From the NCBI GenBank assembly GCA_964035545.1, contig OZ037768.1:16227875-16291874 (forward strand): DNA of 64,000 nucleotides. The letters run 5' to 3'. A model generated the notes under the pieces. It was not told the origin of the DNA and did not search any database. It saw only the letters and a list, made by a program, of their open reading frames with translations. The DNA comes from Bugula neritina (Eukaryota > Animalia > Bryozoa). Each line of letters opens with the position of its first letter. Position 1 is the stretch's first letter. Below, one piece after another: positions 11,984 through 23,700 of this stretch. The translations under genes and the position numbers were made by a program.

Positions 11984-14900
11984 TTATGCAGCTTCCAATT
12001 GTGACCTTTCCATGAACTTCATAGACATGGGCTTAGCTGTTGTCATCACAGTGTGTAACACAGGGTCTGGCTCGGCAGTGTTTGGGTAAAACACTTGGAA
12101 TCTGGAGATAATCTAAAATAGAACACACAAAAAGTCACAAGTTCAACATCTTCATAGTTATGAGATCAAGGTATAGGTTCGGTTTAGAGAGTAACCACTA
12201 AAAGAAAAGAATCTCGAAAAAAAATTTTTTTTAGTAAATAATTAAAAAGTATATTGCAGAGTAATATACTTTATCACATAAAAACATGTTTGATAGAAAT
12301 GTCAAATTGACTCAACTACAATAATATACACAAGCATGGTTATTCCAAACTCATTTCTAACAAATACAGTTTCGCATAATCTGTGAGATTGCAATGCATC
12401 TCAACTGTTAAACTTTGAGTTATACTGTCTTGCATATACAGCAAGTAAATTCAAGCTAAACAGTAATTTGCTATTAAGAGTCCCAATTACTACATCTGAT
12501 ATATAATAGGGAGTTGCATTACCCTGGCAAGACCTAGGTACATCTCTTGCTCAGCCAGTCTTCTACCGATACACATCCTTGCTCCGTGACCCCACACTAA
12601 GTTAGCTACTCCCATATCTTCATTTCTCACATTTAACCATCGCTCTGGAACAAAGCTCTTTGGGTCTGGAAACACAGTTTCATCTTGACAAAGACTTTTG
12701 ATGTTGGCTTGGACATGTGTCTAAAAGATATAGTTGTACTACAATATATATTGTGATTTTACTTTAGCACACTTGAATATATGAGATGTAACGTGTACAA
12801 GTATCTCGGTCCAATTTCAAGAACTATTCTGCGAAACGAATTTAATATGAAGTAAAAGATCAATAACCCCAACACCAGACTTCCATGCAGCGATCTCTAG
12901 GAGTGAAACTTACACCAGCAGGCAGGTGGTAGCCGAGGACATCAATATCTTCATTTAGTAATCTGCTGGTTGCAAATGTCACAGGATACAATCTGGTGAA
13001 ATAGGAAGATGTACCGTGGTGAGTTGAGTCACTAAGCAGCATGTTTTATACATGTTTGAATTATTCTCTCTCCTACTTCGTAAAAATCATGTGATGTGTA
13101 ACAAATTTCAAGTAATTGCTTCAAGTTTACCTAAGGGATTCCTTTATACACGCTTTTGTGTACTTGAGACGATTCATCATATCAGGAGTTATCTCATCGC
13201 AGTCATTTCCTATGACCTCTTTTATCTCATTGGAAAGTTTCTGTTGACACAGTGGATTCTTACACAAGAGATATAGAGTCCACATTAAGCAGTTTGAAGC
13301 CTAAATTAAACAAAGCACCACCCAGAATAAATGCAAAATTCAATTAGTAATATTTTGTTGCACATCCCACCACAAAGTATTTAGTTACATTTGGAGCTAC
13401 ACACACACATGCACGCACACACGTACTCACACTCACACGCACACCACACCACACCACACACACGCACGCATGCAAGCACACACGCACGCATGCACACGCA
13501 CGTGCACACATATTTATATGTATATAAATGTAATGAACAACAACTTACTGTCTCTACGGAGCCTACCATCAGCTCCATCATCGTCACACTTATCTCAAAG
13601 TTACTCAGTCCCTGAGCAGCCAGCAAATAAGAGACCAAACACTGCCTTTTATCAGTATCTATAGCTCCCTGTTCATTCAGCTCTTTCAATCTCTAACATG
13701 AGATTACACAGCACTGAGTTGGAGTTATTGACATTGTATTAGTTAGCCTTTCATGTACTTAAATGTTATAAATGTATAACTAACTCATGTCCTAAATGTA
13801 ATACTATTGTCAAAATCTTGATTAGAATTAATTGCATACAGCTTTTTGCTTTAATGTACAAAATAATAAAATCTATGCTATAACTTTTAATAATTTGTTG
13901 AAAGGCTATACATTTGAATAAAAACTGCAGTTTTTCAATTGCCTTGCATTAGCAGAACTTTACAGTATAATATGTTGTTTGGCTATAAAATAAACAAACT
14001 AGATTTGGAACCTAAACGACAAACTAACAATTATAACCTCAAGGTAAGCAAAAGTCTGCATACGCACACCAAACAGTGAAAGTTATTTGAATGTAGAATC
14101 ATTGTCTTACCTCGTCAACTATTCTTAGGCTACATTGAACTGCTTTTTCACAGTATTTTTCAAATGTTTTCCACATGGGTGTACGGAACTTTTTATAAAG
14201 AGGTATGTCAAACATCAGCTTCTGCATACACCTAGCAAAACAAACCAGAATCGCTATCTCTGTGAGAAACCCCTGATGGAAGGGTTTTTGTTAGATCGTG
14301 CTTAGAACTTATTTAAAATGAGACACAGAAGCAATTATGACTGGATGCTCTTCCTAACATCACCAATGGTCTTTGTTGGGGCTCAAACCCATGACTCCCT
14401 GCTTACTATGCAAACGCTCTAACACCTAGACCACGGCTGCTCCCTATTCTCTGACTGAAATACACCAGGTATCAGTCTGCAGTCTGCAACTTATCAGCTT
14501 TTCTTCATTAGGTAGCATTGAATAATCGTTTTCTTCTCGAAAAGCAATATTCTATAATTTATTGTCTGGTTACATTAATATTATTACATTACTCTCACCT
14601 GAATACACCTACTATACTAGTGACTGTGTCCATAGCATCACCATCGCAGTCTCTATCTAGTGTCCCTAACCTTGTATCCAATAGAAATGTGTTTACCGCT
14701 ACAATTTATAGTTAGAACTATAAAATATATTTAATAGAACTATTAAGTATATTTTATAGTAATTTAGCAAAATATATATAAACTTTGTTGTATATAGTTG
14801 TTAACAAAGGACACTGTAAATATAGAAATGATGATGGAGATAAAAGCAATATGTACTGTAATCAGACTTTACCAATCCTGACTCAGTGTGATGTAACTAG

Positions 14901-17900
14901 TTTGATGGAGCTACATTGTATTGAGCATAGCATTAAAGTATCTTACCTATGACTATGTTTACCAGACTATGACTATGTTTACCAAACTATGACTATGTTT
15001 ACCAGACTATGACTATGTTTACCAGACTAGCTTTAAAGATTTATGAATCATAATACCCATGACTCATATAAATATTTCCAAAAGTTGTATTAGACCACTA
15101 CAACCTAGCTAGCACTAGTACACGAGCTAAAGCCAAGGCAAGCCAATGCAAACTTGCACAAATGACTAATCATACCAACAACCAACTTTAGTTTAAACTT
15201 AAATATGATGGTATAAGTTTCGGAATTTGTGCGCTCCAAGAAAACTTAAACCACTAACATTCCATTGACCATCTAAACAGCACATCATTGAGATCCTGTA
15301 CAATGCCTTGACTGTCCCTTGAGGATGCAATCAGTTTCACCGTGTCTTTAGCCACGTCATCCATCGCATCCATGTACTGCACTACCTGAAAACACCAGCC
15401 AAACAGTTATATTTTGAGAACAAATAAGTCTTATTAAGATTATCAAACTCTACCACAACTGTATTAGATCATGTTTGAGCAAGTAAGACAATACAAACCT
15501 CCTTTGGTTTTAGCATTTTCTTATTAACAGATGTTCGAAATTTATACCAAGTTTCACCATTTCTGCCAAAATATATAAGACAATACGAACAATGCCATAT
15601 TTCTACACTATAGTACATGTACCCATTGCATGTTGAATACCAAGTATCATGCATTTTTCAGTAAGGCTCTGCTGCTATAAAAATCAACTACAGTACTGTG
15701 GGCTGTCATGTTTTTAAAATAAAAGACAATGGTTTGCCAAAAGTGGTTATGTTTAGGGAGCTATCTGATGTGCATTAAACATGGATCTGTCTATAAAAAC
15801 ATTAAAAACCAACTTGAATGCCCTCCCCCCCTTGGGATGGGAGGCACCTATAAGGGCACGCTACAACAACTGACAGAACTAGCCTTCGATTGTGAGACAC
15901 CATATTAGTATCAGTATTGGAATTAAGGACAAACTGTAGAGCTCTTGCTATTAAAAAGATATATAGATTAGAGCTAGTTGTGTTTAGTGGTTTGAGCCTC
16001 TTCTACATAGACGATCATACATGGCTGAGTTTTACAGTAGATTCAAATTATACACCATTTGGGTTAGCACAAAGTCTTTTATTTGCTATTTAACCAAGGT
16101 ATCATGTTATTTATAAAGCAAATTAATTCATTGTGCCAGCAATAATAATCATGGTATCATATCTCTGGTTTTGACAATTCAAAAATCATTTTTATATAAC
16201 AAAATTAAGTGATCACAATATACCAAATGTACAATTTTCTTTACTTGTCTGCTAATATACATTTGTAGATTTTTTGTTATAATTTTACACTTATTGAAAA
16301 ACTATTAGTCTGTTGCTAATTTCTACATGCAAAATTAGATTGAGAGCGAAAGAACGTGTACTGAAAGCTGTATTGCTGGGCTTTACCTATGTACCAATGG
16401 CAATAACACTGCTAGAAAATTAGATTTTCTACAAAGTCAGCAAATAAAAGTCAATAATTAAGTTTTGCATATCACTGCACTATGAAGTAGTATTTCACAC
16501 ATTGCTGATTGTAACTCACCCATTGACCATGCCAGTCCCAAGGCCATTTCTCAGTCTGTAAGTCAGCAATGGCTCTAGTGGTATCCTGGAAGGCATTTTC
16601 CCATCTGCTCTGATGACTTTGTTATATCCCTTGTAGTCAGTCACAACCACCAAGGTAATATCTGGAGCATATTTCTCCTTGTATATTACACCATACTTCT
16701 CATATCGCTTCTGGTAGGCCTACAACCCATCAAATAGATTATTGATTATTGATATACACACATCACACATCACGCATGCAATCAATATACTTCAAGTTTT
16801 CAAAACGAAACAGACATGGCAGCTCATCTGAAATATATTGATGTGACAGAGATGCAGTAACAAGGCATCAGTTGTGACCAGATGAAAATTTATTAAAACA
16901 AGTTTATTATTATATACTGTATATTATAAAGTCATTGGGGATGTAATTTGAAAGATGATTATTGTTCTACTTGCAACTCTATATAAACAAATGTGCACAA
17001 CCTGTTTTACATAAAATGATAACAGTAATAATCGATTATTCATCATACGAGAACCCTATCCGCGTTGCTGCTGTTATACTAGTTAAAGAAGTATATGGCC
17101 TGTAAAAATACAGTTATTAGCATTAGCATTTGCATTTATATAAAATTATAAAATCGATTTTGGTCAGGAACTACTAAAAGAAATGGGGTAGAGCCATGTT
17201 TTTAAAAAGCCTGGCTAAATTATTAGCTGCGCACTTTGTGTTGAGTTATAGCTTGGCAATTATTGGCACACATCCAATAAGAGTAAAGTTTTGTTTATAC
17301 CTCTGCTGAAAAAATTACCAAGTTTCAGTTAATAGCCCTAACCACTTATTATTGTGAAATTAATATTTCCTGCAAGACAATATAGTATTATATTTGAATT
17401 TATCTATAGTAATAATTACAGATTGTTTATAAATGTGAACATAGCTACAGCAGCAGTATGTAGTATAGCAGAGTGCACATTATAGGACTGTGTTCATCTC
17501 CTTACTCTATCACTTGGATCTATAGGACACAAACGATGCATGATTTTATTATTATGTTTGTTAATTATCCAAGCCCTTATCTTTATATATCAACAATTGT
17601 TCTACTTATAGCACTGTATTTGTTATCTATATTATACTATTGAGTAGCCAAATCATAATTTAGTCCCCTTGCTTATTTTCATTGAAAGTTATTGCAGATT
17701 TGCAATAGATTTTAACTTTGTTGTGTCATAATTTTTATCCTAAAACTTTGAAATGATCATATAACATACAAGCTATTGACTAAATTTAAAGTTGTGAATA
17801 TATTTGTATAAATACAGCCTTAATAACTGAGTTGGTAGAAATAAGAGAGTTACACACACATTATACTGGTTGAAGTATTCCTATGTTGGCCTATAATCAT

Positions 17901-18914
17901 GATGAAAACTTATACTGCTAGATTTGTCATTACCATGGTTAGCTTAGAGATGAAACCAGACGATTATTGTTTAAATATTCAATTCTGGTTAACTAATGGG
18001 ATTTCATTTTATATTTCGTTATAACAACCTGAAAGCATACAGGGGGGGGGAGAGGGGGGGTAGGGGGGCTACAGTGCAGTTGCGATGATATTCAAAGATA
18101 TCGTAATGCTAAATACTAACAGGGTTTTAAAAAGTTTTCTTACAGGTTCCCGAGCCTGTAAAGAAAGATCTTGAGAATGACATTTAAACTGAAGACCGCA
18201 AAAGCGCATAGTCACACTCTGTTGAATTTAAAATGCACAGAGGCTTCCAGATACTTGGTTGGGCTGAGAGCTCATCACGTACATGAAAATAAATTTTACA
18301 GATATGTTTCTAGTTTAGAACTGTACATATATAACTATATGTATGTTGATACAGCAACTGTAACATTTTGGTATACATGTAGGTGTAGTAGTTGTAGAAT
18401 AGTTGTAAATATGTGTCGATACAGTAGTTGTAGATTAGCTGTATATATGTGTAGATACAGTAGTTGTAGAATAGCTGTATATATGTGTAGATACAGTAGT
18501 TGCTATTGTATAATTATACTCAACTAACATCAAACATCTTGTCGAAAGACAGTCCATTCCAGTGAAAAACATATTGCCACGCTGTACCAATAAATGGAAC
18601 TCCTCTTGGCCCTGGAATCTCATTGAAACCTTTTATTTCTCGACTCTGTAACCAAAGTATAATTACAATAAATATTTTATTAAAAATAAACTCTTGCCTT
18701 AAAATCTAAAGTATGTTAAAATACAACATAATTATGTATTATAATATTATTCTATTAATATTGCTGAGGTCTGCTAAAACTAGAATACTAACTATTTAAC
18801 AAAATAATACACTTATACCTGAGCTAACTCTACGTTAGCAGCCATATTAACGGCGCTGGAGTAAGTTCGTGTAATACCCTTCCATGTGCACATATTAACA
18901 GACCTGGAGAGCAT
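11984..18914 (-). CDS. CYP10: Mitochondrial-clan cytochrome P450, CYP10-like, ~514 aa (exons 18819-18914, 18529-18645, 16520-16719, 15499-15562, 15259-15385, 14599-14698, 14111-14231, 13549-13692, 13131-13300, 12914-12992, 12523-12720, 11984-12112)
   Basis: Basic/hydroxylated presequence MLSRSVNMCTWKGITRTYSS, FNEIPGP hinge, WYKFR (WxxxR), I-helix GSVETA, KESLR (ExxR), FVPERW and heme motif WGHGARMCIGRRLAEQE. The 12 exons sum to 1545 nt in frame. The CYP10 assignment rests on my recollection of the W-for-F heme motif in molluscan CYP10. Confidence 0.92.
13399..13510. repeat. Imperfect (CA/CG)n microsatellite
   Basis: Directly visible in a CYP intron. Confidence 0.85.
14250..14444 (-). mobile_element. 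tRNA-derived SINE in a CYP intron
   Basis: The minus strand reads GGGAGCAGCCGTGGTCTAGGTGTTAGAGCG (A-box-like) ... GGGTTTGAGCCCC (B-box-like), followed by non-tRNA body GGAAGAGCATCCAG. There is no acceptor stem or CCA, so it is not a tRNA gene. The 3' limit is approximate. Confidence 0.65.
14948..15029. repeat. 20-nt tandem repeat TATGACTATGTTTACCAGAC x4
   Basis: Directly visible. Confidence 0.92.
18375..18503. repeat. 33-nt tandem repeat (~4 degenerate copies)
   Basis: tatatgtgtagatacagtagttgtagaatagct variants; explains the MCRYSSCR ORF. Confidence 0.85.
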
Positions 18915-20797
18915 AGTGATGCTGCCCGAAGCTATTGGCAGCAATCAAATGACGACTAGTAAAATAACTGCAGACTAGAAATTGCTCCTTAAATATCGCA
19001 TTCAGTGTTTCGAAAAGTGCAATCAACGCAGGAGCTAGAGTTGACATTTCCTTTCTGATTGTAATTGAAATACCAACACATTATTTTCAAGCAGGCGCTG
19101 TTTCAATTTCTATGAAAATGACATAACTCGTGCTCTATTGTGGGCGGGTCTCTACAAGTACTTCTAATCTATTGTATACCTGGTTACTGAAATATTTTAA
19201 TTGTAGAGTAACTACAATATCAATATAATCTAACCATAATTAGACTTGGAGTCACAGGGGGGGGGGGGGACTGCATGCTATGGGTAATAGGACTATGTAA
19301 TAGCTTTATAAACATTAAGGCTGTAAAAGGTTCAATGGTATATATATAATTATGTAATATATAGTTGAAGCTTACAATTACTAGAAGTACTCCTTTAGAT
19401 CTACATACCTAACTCGATTTATATATACTAATAGGTATGAAAAAGTATGCAAGCGTGAGAGAATGCGACAGAGTGGTAATGAGCCATAAACTTAAGGGTT
19501 GGAAATTAAATGAGTTTATCTACCAGTTGAGTTGGTCCATTCACCTTACTTGGTCTTTGTTTATTCTAGCATCTACTTTCCTGCTTGGAATCAGATGATC
19601 ATATTTTGTGGACACAGTTAGAAGTTGTGGCGTTATATAGTATAAATAACTATTACTGCTTGATTTATTCTTTCCTTCCACTTGAAAACCATTAACAAGT
19701 ATTGAAAATTATAAACCATTATATGTTGAACTACAACAAAATAAGTGAGAAGTCCTTGGTAGTGAACTAAGAAATCTGTAGTAACGTTTGACTGAGCTAT
19801 ATTGAAACGTGATTAATGATTATTGAATGATTTTACTTTGGCAAAGAGAGGTTTTGCCCAAATAAAAAGGAGTTAAATTGAGGACTGAGAACTTTTCTGG
19901 CACAAAGATTGAACCAGGCTAGAGAGGTGTTACAATAGCCAGATGGGGCAGCCATGTTTGTATTGGTGGAAAGACTCGCTAAGTTTGGTTTAAGTTTGCC
20001 TAGTTTAATGTAATGTCTAGCTTAATGGTTATAATTCTGAAATTAAAAAATTAATTAAAAAGACCTTTAAGTAAGATGAATTTTTGGCAAAGCATCAAAA
20101 GATACAGTTGCAACATTACATGGAAGCATTTTTGCAGTTTACTATCTGTATTCACACAGATAGTGATGAAATAAATTATATAAACATGAATGTAGTATAA
20201 AAATGTCCGACACATTAATTACTGGTTACTGTATTAACAGATGTGGTGGAGAAGTAAAATAAACTATTTAAATTCAAATTTTGCAGACAAACAGATATGA
20301 TTTTACACAAAAGTTAATTATGTTGCTAGAATCCTTAATTTATAAACATAATTAAATGGCAACACATGCCATCTATTATGTTGGAAAAAATATTCTATAT
20401 GAAAGCAACATATAAGAGTAACATAAAAAACAGCATCTGAACTGAGTCAGTTGAATAGCACAAGGAATAAATTCATGGCATGATGAACAGTAAGGATACA
20501 AAACAGTACTATAATATATGAATCCTATGTAGAAAATATAAATTCAAACTACGACTCTTGAGTTAAACTAAATATTACAAGAGTGCAGTTAACTTCTACA
20601 GTAGATGAGTCATGGCACTCCATAACCCCCTGTGTTACTAATAGAGCAAAGGTAAGATGACTAAGTAACTGGACAGCAGGTAGACGTATCTGTGGTAGAC
20701 AAGAGAAACACAAAGGTTTAGTTGAAGCTGCACAGTAGCTGCTGGTGTAACTTCTTGGATCTCGTGTAAAGTTCCAGACAGCTCATGTAGAAAGGGA

Positions 20798-23700
20798 CTA
20801 CTCTATACCATCAAATGACTCAGCTGAACTTTCAATGTCATCAGCACTCAGCATGTCATCACCGTCTGAAGAGGTCAGTGTTAGCCTGGGTATGGTCTGC
20901 CGCAGTCTGAATCTAAAGGAGAGTATAGTGAGTTGTGTATAGTATACGGTGTATAGTGAGCTGTGTATAGTACACCTTATAGTGAACTGTGTATAGTAGC
21001 ACACTGTATAGTAAACTAAATAATAAACTGTATGTTGAATATCATAGTATACTGAATTGTACACTATAAATTATAAAAACTGCTATTGCTCAGCGCTCGT
21101 GCAATGCCTTCAAGTTTTTCCTTTGCAATCAACATATGAAAATTTAAACTTTCAGCCTTCTTATAATAAACAAAGGATAGAAGTATATTTCGGAGACTGG
21201 GAAAGCCAAATTAGCACAGCTCACTTTCTTTCTTGGACGGTTTTTATTTTAGCTGAAAGAGTGATGACCTCCTGCTCTGCCTTCTCAAGGTCGAGGGGAG
21301 TCTCAGATGCCGTAGACATGGTGTCTGACACAGAGGCTATCTCTGATAACGACCCTTCTTCCTGCTCAGTATCTCCTTCCATATGGGTTCTCATGCTAGC
21401 TTTCTTGGAATGGACTCGACTCTGCAGCAGAACAACTTTAAATATCAACTGACAGATTCCGTGGCAAATAACTTATAACAATAGAAAATGTGGATGTGAA
21501 ATAAGTCTGGATTCTAGCAAACTTTAGTAGGAAAATCATGACATTTGGTCATAAAACAATGAGGTGATGCAGTCAAGTAAAATAAGTTAGACGGGTAGAT
21601 ACTGGAGTTGCCATAGCTATTGATGTAGTTGTAGAAATTCTACTTCATACTGGTAACATTGCAAAATCCCATGAGTGCAGCTAATGGTATGCATTCATGA
21701 TGCAATCGGACTAGTAATATATCCGTCGGAAACCAGATTTATTTTTACCTGCATCAAGATTTTTTCTATAAACTAGCATAAATTAGGGAGAGGTTCCCAC
21801 TCAGAATATATACTACAAGTGGTAGAGCATACGTACCGAAGATCCATGCTTTCTCATGCTCTGTCTAACATCTGTCAGTCGATCTTCCAGATTTTGTTCC
21901 TCAGATTCCAGTTGATTAATATCACTGAGAGTCGTATTCAGTTTTCTTAGAGTAGCGTTGAGCATCAGCTCTATGGACCGGCATTGTTTATCAACCTAAA
22001 ATTATATATTATATACTATACATTATATACTATATACTATACATTATATATTTTCATTACATATTCTAGGTTCTACGAATTGTATCACTGCATTGTTGAA
22101 TAAACTGTTGTACAAACACTGGTTGTCAGATTTAAATGTTGCTTTACATTCTACAATAACATAACAAAGCTAGTTATTCTCACTGATAACACACAAGTCG
22201 CTGGACTACAAAATTTTTATCTTAAAATAACTTTAGCAAATTAAATTTTGCTGATTAAATAAAATAAAGTTTGCAATTGGCCAAGTTGCTATTAATACAT
22301 ATCTCATCTACATCATGTTTACTGAAAGCAAACTAACAAACTTAAGTGTGTGCTGTACACATACCTGGGCCAGACTTTCTTGAGCAGTCATTGGTTTATT
22401 AGTTCTGAGCAGCCCAGGAGCGAATACAATAGCAAGAGAGTTAGGAGACATTCTATTGGTTGCTTCATTCTGTGCAACTCTAGAAAAAGCCAGCCAAAAA
22501 GATGGTAGATTGCCTCATTACTCCAACAGTTGAGAGGGGAATGAAACTATCTAACACAGATTATACTATAACTACCTGGCCAAATGAACCATTAGTCTAG
22601 AGATGATGTTGAAATTGACATGAGGCAGCTTTTCTACTGTGGCTCTCATAGCACCGATGGCCTCTTCCTGGTCAGCTATACCCGGGCAGCGAATAAACTC
22701 ATCATATAACTCAAATGTGAAGAGAGGTTCTGGCAGCTCTCGGAAGAAGTTCTTTAGTGTCTGACTCAGCACATGTACAGCGTAATCAGCCAGGTTGACA
22801 CTCTCCCAGTCTATATGACACAACATGAGATTAGTACAGCTCTAGTGAACTATAAGACTGACAATATGAAATCAGTACAGCTCTAGTGAACTAGGTACGC
22901 CATACGACATACCTGTATCTAAAGCTTTTTGTAATGCCCGGACTTTGCTAGCAATGCCAGCCTTTCTGTAGATACCATCTGCATAGACGCCGCGATTGTC
23001 CAGTTCGGCTATAAGCATCTCGAGTACACCAGGTACGGCATTGTCTTCTCCTGCCAAACGCTGAAGGGGAACTTTGAACACTGCATTAGGCCGTAATTCC
23101 TACGATAAGACAACAAGGCAATAGTTTTAAAACCTCTAAAAATTAATGTCATGAAAAAGTTGGACTCTTTCCTACTGCTGATACTTTGAGAAAAAACCAT
23201 ATGCTGTTGTTGGGCAAAGAGTTGACTTTGAATTTGTATTCTAAAACAACCACAAGAAGTTAGAGCAATGTCTCCCCTTTGCGATGTTATATAACTAATC
23301 AACAATAAAAGATAAATATCAGGTGATGCCTCCTCTCTCAATGGAGACACTTTCAGGAGATTAAATGACTCCAGCATGCCTCACTATTTCATGTTCATCA
23401 CCATCACAAGAACTTGTACTAAACTGAGTCACTCAGCTCTACTGAGTGACTGACCTCTACTGAGTGACTCAACTTTACTGAGTGACTCATCTCTACTGAG
23501 TGATTCACCTCTACTGAGTGACTCACCTCTACTGAGTGACTCACCTCTACTGAGTGACTCACCTCTACTGAGTGACTCACCTCTACTGAGTGACCGACCT
23601 CTACTAAGTGACTCACCTCTACTAAGTGTCTCACCTCTACTGAGTGAATCACCTCTACTGAGTGACTCACCTCTACTGAGTGACTCGCCTCTGCTGAGTG

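Noticed and set aside
14370-14444. tRNA gene
   Set aside because: Degenerate B box, no closing acceptor stem, and it continues into a SINE-like body.
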